From a virus (lineage: Duplodnaviria; Caudoviricetes), in the IMG/VR virus record IMGVR_UViG_3300025323_000513, positions 1 to 59,902 of that record: a stretch of DNA of 59,902 bases. One strand, given 5' to 3'. The notes beneath the pieces are model-generated. The model was not told the origin of the DNA and did no database searches. It saw nothing but the letters and a program-made list of their open reading frames with translations. Made by a program: the position numbers and the translations under genes. Position 1 is the stretch's first letter; each line of letters starts with the position of its first letter. Positions 27,167 to 36,512 of this stretch are shown here, one piece after another.

Positions 27167-28201
27167 CTAATCAGACGTTTTTCCAGTTACAGAAACAACA
27201 GGAGCACCCTTGCTTGCAACCACAATTTCTTCTTTTATGAGTAGGTTTACCCAGTCTTCAGTATAAATATAATCCTTATGGACCATATCGTACTGACAAT
27301 ACTTTGATGTGGTTTTTGTCTTATTCTGGTCGTTTGTGGCAGGTCTTACCGCATATTTTCTCCACATGTCGGTATGCCAGTTTGAGCTTTTCTCGATACC
27401 AGTCCTTTCAAGTATTGTCTTCAGAATATCTTTTGGTTTGTATTTGCCTTGATTGGCTACTGGGACCTGCTTTTCTTTGATCAGTGCCTGAATCTTTTCA
27501 AAGTTTTCTTTTTGATTCTTGTCTGCAAGGTCAAAGTTTACAAATTCAACAGCTAGGTCTGATGAGTTTCTGTGATTTCCAATTTTAGGTATAAGGAATA
27601 CCTTGAATGAAAACTCTTGCGAGTCTCGAACCACGCGCGATATAGAACTTCTGTGATTCTTAATGAAATCAATCACATCCTGTCCATCCTGCGTAACCGG
27701 AATCTTTCTTTTAAAGTTACTGATCTGTAGAGGGATATTCAAATGGTCAACAATAGAATGCTTATTGGAAAATTCCTTGATCAAAAGGCTCTCATAGTTA
27801 ATCAAAAAGGCTTGGCACTCTCCGAGGACATGACTATCTATTTCCGGAATAAATCTATGCTCGATTTTATTTCTGAGTTTCGCCATAAACTCAATGTTTC
27901 GGAAGATAGGATTTGTCTGATGCTGAAAATATTGCTCGGCACACTTCACCAGTTCCCAAGCCTTATAGTCTCCATCGACTGTTTCGTAACGAATCGAATT
28001 TTTTCTTTTGTAGTAATACTTGACCCCCCTTCTTTCAAAAACTGCATGAAAAAAAGCCGTGTACGCTATACACATTAAGGTTATGTATGCGAAGGATTTA
28101 AAGGCTGTTCTCGGCTTGTTGTAAACTTCGACGGCAAGTAGCGAGGAGTCTTTAGATTTTTCTAGTAGTAGAGCTACTTTTTTGGGTAATCGGCCAGCCA
28201 T
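27167..28201 (-). CDS. DUF3644-like HEPN-domain protein
   Basis: AVEVYNKP N-terminus; RNKIEH Rx4H motif. Confidence 0.75.
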   Translation of the reverse strand: MAGRLPKKVALLLEKSKDSSLLAVEVYNKPRTAFKSFAYITLMCIAYTAFFHAVFERRGVKYYYKRKNSIRYETVDGDYKAWELVKCAEQYFQHQTNPIFRNIEFMAKLRNKIEHRFIPEIDSHVLGECQAFLINYESLLIKEFSNKHSIVDHLNIPLQISNFKRKIPVTQDGQDVIDFIKNHRSSISRVVRDSQEFSFKVFLIPKIGNHRNSSDLAVEFVNFDLADKNQKENFEKIQALIKEKQVPVANQGKYKPKDILKTILERTGIEKSSNWHTDMWRKYAVRPATNDQNKTKTTSKYCQYDMVHKDYIYTEDWVNLLIKEEIVVASKGAPVVSVTGKTSD

Positions 28202-28213
28202 AGATTTTCATGA

Positions 28214-29572
28214 TTATTTCTTTATCTTTACAGTCACAAGGTATTTGATTGGCATGATGGTAACCCCTAGAATCTCATTTGCGAATGGATTCGGCATTCG
28301 ATAGATGAGTGGAGTTGGTGAAGTGTAATCAAAAACGATGTAGAGATGATAATTTGGATTCTTCTGGGCAATGAGGACTTCGTTCTCAGAGATATAGAAT
28401 CTGAAAGTGAGTCCTGGCTTGCTCTTTACTGCCTTCACTTCGATATGCTTTTCTGATCCGTCAGCATTGTAAGAAAGCACGTCGTAGCCGAGCATGTCGC
28501 TCTCCAAAGAAACCTGCTTTATTTGAGACACTAAATCAGGGCGAACCTTTGCTAGCTCCTCTGTCTCGTGTTTAATTACGATCTTTTCTGCAAAGTCGCC
28601 GGCTACCCTATTCGCACCATCTCGCAATTCGAAGTCGATTTTGTGGGCAACAACATGTGCCCTCTTTCTTGGGACCGTACTGGTATCGACATCTTCATCA
28701 ATTTCGATATTTACAGTCTGAGGATGTACGCTGTCGATATCAGGCAAAAGAGAAGGCTCTCCAACTAGCTTATTGATTATTTCCTCCTGTTCTTCGGTGG
28801 ATCTCTTTTCAAGATTTTCTATCACACGCAAGTAGTTTGGGTTGAGAGTGTAGATTTGCCATCCATTGTTTGAAGTAAGGTATGGGAAGTATCCCTCATC
28901 GCTGAAGTCTCGGACCGAGAAACTCTCGAGGACTACCTCGATGTCTTTCTTTGAAAGGTTGGAAACAATTTTGTTGTCCGCATCCTTTTGGATATATGAG
29001 GAAATAAGAAGCATATCGAAGAATCGTTTTACGTTGTCAGCAAAATCTCCTATTCCGAGCTCCTGGCTCTTTTCCTCGAGTGCTTTGAGGTAAACATCTT
29101 TATTTGGAGATACTCTAAATTCTTCTATCAGCTTTATTGCCGTGGGTATTTCATCTTTGCTATTGATCCAACAAACGAAGAGTCGGTACTCGTCAAAGGA
29201 AATGTGGTCAAGCGTGTATAAGATATGCAACAATACCTCCATTGGAGCAATCTTGATTGAAAGATTGTCATTGAGTTTTGCACAATCGAGATAAACTTTC
29301 ATGACCTGCTCGTCGAGTATCTTTTGCTTGTATGGAGAATGCAGAAAAGTCTCGCCGGCATTCGAGATTTGCAAATTGTCGCCTCCGAGGTTAATCACGA
29401 GACCGAGATATCTCAAGGTAATACTGTTTCGTGTAGTGAGCTGATTAAAATCAGTCGTCAAATCAGCGTGAATTTTATTCACAGCATCACTGGTATATTC
29501 CTTTTGCTTTGCTTTCTTCCAAAAGTTTCCAGTGCCTTTGTTTTCTAAAAAATGTTTGTATTCGTTCTCCAT
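28214..29572 (-). CDS. Putative restriction nuclease: recognition domain + DUF3883-type PD-(D/E)xK domain
   Basis: GDFAEKIV...GYDVLS...HIEVKA...FYISENE. Confidence 0.8.
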   Translation of the reverse strand: MENEYKHFLENKGTGNFWKKAKQKEYTSDAVNKIHADLTTDFNQLTTRNSITLRYLGLVINLGGDNLQISNAGETFLHSPYKQKILDEQVMKVYLDCAKLNDNLSIKIAPMEVLLHILYTLDHISFDEYRLFVCWINSKDEIPTAIKLIEEFRVSPNKDVYLKALEEKSQELGIGDFADNVKRFFDMLLISSYIQKDADNKIVSNLSKKDIEVVLESFSVRDFSDEGYFPYLTSNNGWQIYTLNPNYLRVIENLEKRSTEEQEEIINKLVGEPSLLPDIDSVHPQTVNIEIDEDVDTSTVPRKRAHVVAHKIDFELRDGANRVAGDFAEKIVIKHETEELAKVRPDLVSQIKQVSLESDMLGYDVLSYNADGSEKHIEVKAVKSKPGLTFRFYISENEVLIAQKNPNYHLYIVFDYTSPTPLIYRMPNPFANEILGVTIMPIKYLVTVKIKK

Positions 29573-29574
29573 AA

Positions 29575-30687
29575 CTATTTATTCAAAATTTGCGCAATTC
29601 TCGAAGCAATTGCTTTAGCTAATAATGGTGGGACCGCATTCCCGATCTGGATGCCTACCGAGCTCTTGTTGCCATAGAATACGAAGTCATCGTCAAATGA
29701 CTGGATTCTGGCTGCCTCACGGGGAGTGAGGGCTCTGTGGGAGACTGGATGGGTGATTCTACCTACTGAAGGTGTATCAAATCTGGTCGTAATTGTATAG
29801 GCCGGCTTATCTTTCTCCAGTCGGCCGAAAGCTCCACTATGCACGGATTTGGTCTGTAGCTCCTTTGGAATGTGGATTCTGCCTTGGCCAGGCTTTATCG
29901 TCTTCAAGAGGTCTATAATTCGCTTATCGTGCTTTGTGGCTTGGTGATTGTAGAGTTTCTTCGCCTTGCCCTTTCTATCCTTGGCATACGGCGCAATAGG
30001 GGCATTTCCTGCGTATTCTGATTCAAATTCCCCCGCCCCCGCATCGATTTTAGGCAAATCGAGAATCGTTTCGCCGATTGTCACATAAGGCTTTGATGCC
30101 TCTGGACCATGAGTTTTCTTTGGAAAGAACTCTTTAGGGTCGATACCGAGTCGATTACCGATGAATACAGCTCTTTTTCTAAGCTGTGGCACACCATATT
30201 CCGCTGCAAGCAATACTCTGACTTCTGTCTCGTATCCGATCTGCTTGAATAGGCGGATTATTTCATCCTTTACTGCGCCATCATGCATGTTGAGCATAGC
30301 GGCGACATTTTCCATCACGAATACTTTCGGCTTTATGTCTTTGACGATTCGATGGAACTCTTTGAAAAGTTCGTTTCTAGGATCGTTCATAAAAGCGCCA
30401 TCATTTCTGATTCTTCGCCCTGCCATACTAAAGCCTTGGCATGGTGGACCTCCCACAATCACGTCTATTTCTTCGCCATTATATAAATCCTTAGACTTTA
30501 TTTTTGTGATGTCTTCGACAATCATCTTAGTACCAGGATGGTTTTTGGCGTAAGTGTTCGCAATGTCAGGTTTGTATTCGTTTGCAGCAACTACCTCAAA
30601 GCCGGCTTTTTTGAAACCGGTTGAGATACCTCCGACACCTGCGAACAGGTCTATGATTTTTAGTTTTTTATTTTTGTTGCCAGCCAT
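29575..30687 (-). CDS. C5-cytosine DNA methyltransferase of the RM locus
   Basis: DLFAGVGG, GGPPCQGFS, ENV, QLRKR, REAARIQSF, GNAVPP. Confidence 0.95.
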   Translation of the reverse strand: MAGNKNKKLKIIDLFAGVGGISTGFKKAGFEVVAANEYKPDIANTYAKNHPGTKMIVEDITKIKSKDLYNGEEIDVIVGGPPCQGFSMAGRRIRNDGAFMNDPRNELFKEFHRIVKDIKPKVFVMENVAAMLNMHDGAVKDEIIRLFKQIGYETEVRVLLAAEYGVPQLRKRAVFIGNRLGIDPKEFFPKKTHGPEASKPYVTIGETILDLPKIDAGAGEFESEYAGNAPIAPYAKDRKGKAKKLYNHQATKHDKRIIDLLKTIKPGQGRIHIPKELQTKSVHSGAFGRLEKDKPAYTITTRFDTPSVGRITHPVSHRALTPREAARIQSFDDDFVFYGNKSSVGIQIGNAVPPLLAKAIASRIAQILNK

Positions 30688-32263
30688 GTTCGTTTTTTTC
30701 TTTAACGAAGTTGTAGGCAAGGTGTTTTTTGAGTACATCTTCAATATTCATAACTTGCCCATCCTTATCCGCATACAAATGTTTTTCAACAATGAAAGGG
30801 ATCAGTCTTTCGTATAATGCGTCCGAGCTAATTGAGCCCTTAGCTTGGTTAATCCAAGTTCCGACCTTTTTGATAATTTCTTTTTCGTTATCCACTATGC
30901 TGCGGACGACAGGCTTTTCAGCCTTGATACTTGTGTCTTTTAGGAAGTTGTAGACGAAGTCACCTCTAAGGGTATTGTTTCTGTTAATTCCCTGCGTTCC
31001 GGATGCTACCGCTTGCTCCTGATAAACAACGTTTACGAGGTGGAATCCTGCATCTGTAACCGCATCCATGACTGCTTTCCAAATATTCAGATTTCTATTG
31101 TGGAAAGTGAATGATAGATAGCTCTTATTTTTCAATACTCGGAAAAGTTCTGCGTACACTTTCTTCATTCGAGAAGAGTAATCTTCGTATTTCTTGTTTC
31201 GATACGGGTCATAGATAATCTCGTTCTCGTAGTTCACTACGTTCTTGAGCCATGCATTCCAGAACATACTTAGACCGAAGTATGCAATGCTATCGCCATA
31301 CGGCGGATCGGTGAAAATATAATTTACTGAAGAGCTCTCGACTGCTTTTAAATTTGTTGCATCAATGTTTAATATTTTTGCATCCTTTGGGTTAAAGATA
31401 CTCACTAGCTCACTCTTACCTTTATGTATTTTTTTGAACCGTTCTCTGAAACTGTTGAGTGGATTCCTCTCGGTGTGAATCTTAGGAGCCCAGAGTTTAC
31501 TAATAACCCATCCTGATTTTCCATTCACTGTCTCTGGATCGCCTGGAATCATTTTTGAAACGTTCGGCAACATCGACGTAAAGCAAAGAAGAATTAATTT
31601 CTTTGTATTCTGATTCTTGACCTCATCAATATCTTTTATGATTGATCCGAGCACGGCAAGAGAACGCTCAGTAAAAAATTGATTCAAGTGGCTCTTACCA
31701 TTTCTCTTAACGAATTTTAATATCTCATCCTTCGGGTAAAATAATTTATGCGCCTTATCTAGTTTCAAAAAAGTCTCTGTTGCACTCTTAAGTACCTTTT
31801 GGTCATAGGCATCTGTATTCTTTGTAAATTTACCGCAAGACGGGCATGTACCTTTTACTTTTGAAAAAACTTCATGATCCCAGATTGAATTTTCAAATGG
31901 AACTTCTGTTTTGCAGTGCGGACACTTTGTGAGATACAGCTCAATAAACTTTTTATAGTTCTTATCGTAGATATCTTCGAACTCAACCTGGAAATCATTC
32001 AAATCAACATCGCTGATAGTGTTTTGCGCTATAAAACACGCCATCGGATTTAAATCGATACCGATTGCCTTTCTATTATTTTTGAGCGATTCAATCACAA
32101 CCACTCCACTACCCATAAATGGATCAAGAACAACGTCGCCCGGCTTTGAAAAATTGAGGATGTAATCTCGCACAACGTTATGAGGTTTTCTTCCCCAATA
32201 CTTGTGCATCATGTAGTGTGATGGATGTGTCTCTGCTACTATATTTTTGTTGATTTTCTTCAT
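30668..32263 (-). CDS. Amino (N6A/N4C) DNA methyltransferase with Zn ribbon
   Basis: DPFMGSG precedes DPPY; CPHC..CPSC. Confidence 0.9.
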   Translation of the reverse strand: MKKINKNIVAETHPSHYMMHKYWGRKPHNVVRDYILNFSKPGDVVLDPFMGSGVVVIESLKNNRKAIGIDLNPMACFIAQNTISDVDLNDFQVEFEDIYDKNYKKFIELYLTKCPHCKTEVPFENSIWDHEVFSKVKGTCPSCGKFTKNTDAYDQKVLKSATETFLKLDKAHKLFYPKDEILKFVKRNGKSHLNQFFTERSLAVLGSIIKDIDEVKNQNTKKLILLCFTSMLPNVSKMIPGDPETVNGKSGWVISKLWAPKIHTERNPLNSFRERFKKIHKGKSELVSIFNPKDAKILNIDATNLKAVESSSVNYIFTDPPYGDSIAYFGLSMFWNAWLKNVVNYENEIIYDPYRNKKYEDYSSRMKKVYAELFRVLKNKSYLSFTFHNRNLNIWKAVMDAVTDAGFHLVNVVYQEQAVASGTQGINRNNTLRGDFVYNFLKDTSIKAEKPVVRSIVDNEKEIIKKVGTWINQAKGSISSDALYERLIPFIVEKHLYADKDGQVMNIEDVLKKHLAYNFVKEKNEHGWQQK

Positions 32264-32331
32264 AGTTATTAAAACGGGGTATGTACCGTCACACACGACA
32301 CATACCAAGAAACCCATCGAATAGCAATGAC

Positions 32332-34791
32332 CTATTTCCCTTTATGAAAATGAAGGACATCGCCTCTAAAGTATAGCATGTTCTCGTACGTTTCCGGAGT
32401 ATTTTCGTCATACATCACGAGCTTTCCGGACTCGTACAAGGACCGAAACTCATGAACTCTTGACCGAACCTCATCAATGTACTCTGGTTTGATGCGAATA
32501 CCCTTTGAATCCTTCTCCAGATACTTGCAGTAGTGAACAATTCCGTAAAATCGAGGGTCAATATTATTTTTTGAATCTAGAAGTTTTTTTATCTGATGTT
32601 TTTCATCATCATCACGATATCGGAGGATTCTTTCGGTGACTTCCTTCCCTTCCGAGTGCTCTTTCGTAATCGCTAGAAATGTGTTGAACTCAAATTTGCT
32701 AATGAATGCCTCTGAGCCGTAGTCATCAACGAGTCTGATCATTACATCGTAGATAAAGAAGAAAGGATAAATCTTGAAGTCTTTGAATGACACTCTTTTT
32801 GTTGGATCAACATACTTGTTGTAAGCACCGTATATTGAATTCCAATAAAATATTTTTTCGAGCTGGTTTGTCAGTATGTCTTCATAACTTTTAAGGTCTG
32901 AGAAGTCGGTTACCTTTTCGTAAATTTCATCGAAAGGTGGCATTGGCTTGAGCGGAGATTCTGCGGAAACAAATCCGCTTATCTTGCTGAGTATGAGAGC
33001 GCGGAATCCGGCCGTCATATTCTTCTTCGGATACTTTTCCTCTACGATCTTCTGTATCTTTTCTATAAATTCCTTCTCGGTGATTTCAGGGTTCTCTTTG
33101 ATTATTTTTATTGCCTCAAAGTTCACCTCGAAATACTGATTTTGCTGCCCTCGTTTCCAGTAGAGGTTATCCTTCGTCCATTTCTCAATGTAGTCGGAGT
33201 ATTCTCTCCATTCCGCATCGATAACATCACCTTTTACCTCTTTTGAATGGACCGCCTCATTGCTCTTGAAGATGTCGACAACCTCTGCCTCAAAGACGAC
33301 CTCACAGCCGTTGATATCGTAGACGAACATGTCCTTTCCATCACGATGCACTTTCTTCAGTCCGCGCACTCCATTTTTTATATTCAAAGCCTCAAGGATC
33401 AGGTTGGCTGTTTTGTAGTTACCGATAAAATCCAAAATCAGCACATTTTCTTTTGTAGCCGCAACTCGTAAGCCACGACCCATGTGTTGTATAAAAATCG
33501 TTCGTGATTCTGTTGGTCGTAGGAAAAGAAGGCAGGAAACATCTGGTATGTCGACACCTTCATTGAACATGTCCACAACGAAGGCAACTTGGCATTTACC
33601 CTGTCTAAAATGCTTTATAAGCATCTCCTTGCTCTTATCCTCGTATTCCTCGAGACCCTCGCTCCGTGAGTGCACGGCGATGGCATTTATCCCTGCTGCC
33701 TTGAAGGTCTTGGCGCAACGCTCTGCATGCTCAATTGAGGCACAGAATCCGATGGTCTTTCGATCCCCTGCCTGCTCTTTAAATTTCTTTATGATTGCCT
33801 CGTCACGAGCGTCGATAAGAAGGTGTTTGTTTAGGTCTTTGGTATCGTACCGGAATCCATTGAAGAAAATATCGGAGTAATCAATATCGTCTTTGAAACC
33901 GAGGTACTTGAACGGAGTAAGATATCCTTGCTCGATAGCCGCCTCCTGCCCCATTTCAAACACAACATTGCCATTGTAAAAACCGAGGATGTCTTTCTTA
34001 TCCATTCGGTCAGGTGTAGCGGTCAAGCCTAGGAAAAACTTGGGCTTGAAGTAATCGAATATTTTGGTGTAAGTCGGAGCTGCTGTGTGGTGGGTTTCGT
34101 CAATGATGATGTAGTCGAAATAGTCCGGAGGGAAACTCTGGATATGCTTTTGCCTTCCCATGGTCTGGATTGATGCAAAGAGAATCTTTTTGTCTTTATC
34201 TTTTTGTTTGCCGGTATAAAAGCCAAGGTCGTCCTTTCTTTCTGGTGCTACTTTTTCGAACGAATCCTTGGTCTGTTTTAAAATTTCGTTGATGTGCACG
34301 ATAAACAAAATCTTGTCAGCTTTTGCAGCTTTGGTATCGAGTGCAGAGAGTATTGTTTTACCTAGACCTGTAGCAAGAATTGCGAGCGCTCGGCCAGCAC
34401 CATTCTTTCTCGACTCATCTAAATTGATGAGCGCTTTTTCTTGAGCCTCATGTGGACGAACTTCTTTCCCTCGGCGAAGATACAGATTGAAAAGTTCTTC
34501 ATTGGCAATAAATTGTCTTCGAATGAAGTATTTTATTTTCAAAGGGTCGCTGTCAATGTTTTCACGTCCGATTGTAATTTGCTTGTTGGCTGATTCTAAT
34601 TTTTCGCCATCAACAACGTAGACTTCATATTCTGCGTACTGAGTCTTGATCTTGAATGAAGGATTTTTACCGTCATTTATGTCGCTTAGGTGGTTCTCAA
34701 ATTCAGGACCGAAGTCATTAAAAATAATCCCTAGGAGTTTACCCAGGTGACCATCTTTACTTTTACTGACTATGTGGTGGACCGCACTCAT
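32332..34791 (-). CDS. SF2 helicase/ATPase (Res-like) with C-terminal recognition-type domain
   Basis: ATGLGKT, DETHH, TATP, FNEGVDIP, QHMGRGLR. Confidence 0.88.
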   Translation of the reverse strand: MSAVHHIVSKSKDGHLGKLLGIIFNDFGPEFENHLSDINDGKNPSFKIKTQYAEYEVYVVDGEKLESANKQITIGRENIDSDPLKIKYFIRRQFIANEELFNLYLRRGKEVRPHEAQEKALINLDESRKNGAGRALAILATGLGKTILSALDTKAAKADKILFIVHINEILKQTKDSFEKVAPERKDDLGFYTGKQKDKDKKILFASIQTMGRQKHIQSFPPDYFDYIIIDETHHTAAPTYTKIFDYFKPKFFLGLTATPDRMDKKDILGFYNGNVVFEMGQEAAIEQGYLTPFKYLGFKDDIDYSDIFFNGFRYDTKDLNKHLLIDARDEAIIKKFKEQAGDRKTIGFCASIEHAERCAKTFKAAGINAIAVHSRSEGLEEYEDKSKEMLIKHFRQGKCQVAFVVDMFNEGVDIPDVSCLLFLRPTESRTIFIQHMGRGLRVAATKENVLILDFIGNYKTANLILEALNIKNGVRGLKKVHRDGKDMFVYDINGCEVVFEAEVVDIFKSNEAVHSKEVKGDVIDAEWREYSDYIEKWTKDNLYWKRGQQNQYFEVNFEAIKIIKENPEITEKEFIEKIQKIVEEKYPKKNMTAGFRALILSKISGFVSAESPLKPMPPFDEIYEKVTDFSDLKSYEDILTNQLEKIFYWNSIYGAYNKYVDPTKRVSFKDFKIYPFFFIYDVMIRLVDDYGSEAFISKFEFNTFLAITKEHSEGKEVTERILRYRDDDEKHQIKKLLDSKNNIDPRFYGIVHYCKYLEKDSKGIRIKPEYIDEVRSRVHEFRSLYESGKLVMYDENTPETYENMLYFRGDVLHFHKGK

Positions 34792-34845
34792 TATCCACTA
34801 TTCTACTTCAAAAACGGCCGAGAATAAAGTGGCCGTGGTTAAGGA

Positions 34846-35055
34846 CTATTTTCCTTTGTCGAATTTAGGATCGATGTTCTTTCCGTATGATTGCTGCATG
34901 ACCCCGCGCATGCCCTTTCTGACGCATTCTTGTGAGCAAAAACGGCTTAGGGATGCCATGCTTTTTTTGCGTGGATGATATTCCTGTTTGCAGTGATCAC
35001 AGACCTTCACGATTGAAAGGTCTCTATTTTTAGGATCGTCTGAGTATTTAACCAT
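34846..35055 (-). CDS. Small Zn-finger protein
   Basis: CDHC...FCSQEC. Confidence 0.65.
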   Translation of the reverse strand: MVKYSDDPKNRDLSIVKVCDHCKQEYHPRKKSMASLSRFCSQECVRKGMRGVMQQSYGKNIDPKFDKGK

Positions 35056-35087
35056 GACCCCATCGTATCAGAGGCTGGTTACATTGC

Positions 35088-35267
35088 CTACTTGCCTGCA
35101 AAAGGCTCATTGCTCTCTCCTTTGTTTGCGAAGTAGAAAGAGAATGCCATCGATGCAAGAATCATGAAATCCTTGGCATCTACTTTTCCGTAAAACATCC
35201 CTGCAATCACGGCGACTGCCATAAGGATGAAGACTAGTTTGCTTGCTGAAGTGTAAATTTTGCTCAT
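35088..35267 (-). CDS. Holin-like 59-aa membrane protein
   Basis: Hand-translated MSKIYTSASKLVFILMAVAVIAGMFYG...FAGK; paralog of 1-180. Confidence 0.75.
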   Translation of the reverse strand: MSKIYTSASKLVFILMAVAVIAGMFYGKVDAKDFMILASMAFSFYFANKGESNEPFAGK

Positions 35268-35301
35268 AAATATTTTATTAATTCTTTATAATTTCTTTAT
35301 C

Positions 35302-35382
35302 TCAATGTGCATGCTCGAGCCATATCGCATAAGCGAACAGGAACATTGCGATTGCTATGAGGATTTGTGATGCATACCTCAT
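35302..35382 (-). CDS. 26-aa single-TM peptide
   Basis: MRYASQILIAIAMFLFAYAIWLEHAH; ATGA overlap with endolysin stop. Confidence 0.7.
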   Translation of the reverse strand: MRYASQILIAIAMFLFAYAIWLEHAH

Positions 35383-35984
35383 AACTGATTTAAGAGGGCA
35401 ACGATTTGAGACTTTATCGCCTCTTTGTTTGTTGGTTGAGATGGAAACAACCGCTTGAGCAGTTCAGTGCGGACGATCTCCGGCTTTTCTTTGTAGTCCG
35501 TAATGTCGCCGTGAATGATAATGTTCTTTGCATCGAGAACAAAAGCGGTTTCAGGATTATTTGAGAATGATTTAACGAGCTCGGTGAGTTGCTGATATTG
35601 CCATTCGGTAATATCGTTCTCGTTCGGTTCGACCACGCCGTCCTGATCAACGTCATAGCCTGCCGCGAGTTCGATGCCGATTGTGTATTGGTTCGGATTT
35701 ACATAAGTGCCATCGAGGTTCTTTGGCATAACTTTCTTTGCTCGATCATTCGGATTGCTGATTGCACCTGCATGCCATGCGATGTCTGCTATTTTTACGA
35801 GTTGCACGATTTCTCCCGAATTTCGACCGATAACAAAATGTGCCGATGACCTGTTAGGTCTGTTGGCATTTGAAAGCCACTCTACCGCCCCTATGTAAGA
35901 ACCGAGGGTAAAGTGAAGGACAACAGCGGTCTTCTTTTTGGGACCCGCTGAGTAGTTTGGAGTTTGTTTAAATGGGATATTCAT
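35379..35984 (-). CDS. Endolysin, Amidase_2 type
   Basis: Close paralog of 287-898. Confidence 0.9.
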   Translation of the reverse strand: MNIPFKQTPNYSAGPKKKTAVVLHFTLGSYIGAVEWLSNANRPNRSSAHFVIGRNSGEIVQLVKIADIAWHAGAISNPNDRAKKVMPKNLDGTYVNPNQYTIGIELAAGYDVDQDGVVEPNENDITEWQYQQLTELVKSFSNNPETAFVLDAKNIIIHGDITDYKEKPEIVRTELLKRLFPSQPTNKEAIKSQIVALLNQL

Positions 35985-35987
35985 AAA

Positions 35988-36269
35988 TTATTTTTTAGCG
36001 GGTAATCGTTCCTCGAGGATTGTTTCAATTTTTATCAATCGTTCGCTTGTATCTCGATAGCGTTCGGTATTCGCTTGATCGAGTCGTTTTACGTTTTCCT
36101 CGATTGTGTGAATATGGTTGTCACGAATGTTGTTGAGTGCCTCGATGACTTGAATGTCGCTCTTTGGCGCTTGGAGCATATTGAAGATTCCAAATGATAC
36201 GCCGACGATACCGATTACCAGTGAGACCTGGTTGTATAAAAACTTTTTGAATGACTCTTGCTTATCCAT
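35988..36269 (-). CDS. N-terminal TM + coiled-coil lysis accessory protein
   Basis: Hydrophobic N-terminus, then NHIHTIEE...RLIKIETIL. Confidence 0.65.
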   Translation of the reverse strand: MDKQESFKKFLYNQVSLVIGIVGVSFGIFNMLQAPKSDIQVIEALNNIRDNHIHTIEENVKRLDQANTERYRDTSERLIKIETILEERLPAKK

Positions 36270-36275
36270 GCTTTC

Positions 36276-36313
36276 ATCATAGAGGCGGGTTCTTGCCTAA
36301 CTGTAGGAATTAC
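36276..36313 (-). promoter_or_regulatory. Late promoter motif (lysis genes)
   Basis: GTAATTCCTACAG-19 nt-TATGAT-6 nt-ATG. Confidence 0.75.
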
Positions 36314-36374
36314 AAAAAAGGACTCTGATTCAGGACATTTGCACAACAAATGCGCTTATGGATACAATAAGCGC

Positions 36375-36512
36375 ATGCCTTATGCAGTATTTTTTATAGC
36401 CCTAGCGATTCTCGTTTTTATTGGAGGAGCACTCTTTGGATGGGTTGGGGTTTTGATTGGAGCGGTACTCGCTTTTATTGTGGCACTTGGTTCAGCTTTT
36501 CTTTTTCACTAG
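36375..36512 (+). CDS. 45-aa membrane moron (superinfection-exclusion candidate)
   Basis: Fully hydrophobic; TTGCAC-18-TACAAT promoter ends 6 nt before ATG. Confidence 0.65.
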   Translation: MPYAVFFIALAILVFIGGALFGWVGVLIGAVLAFIVALGSAFLFH

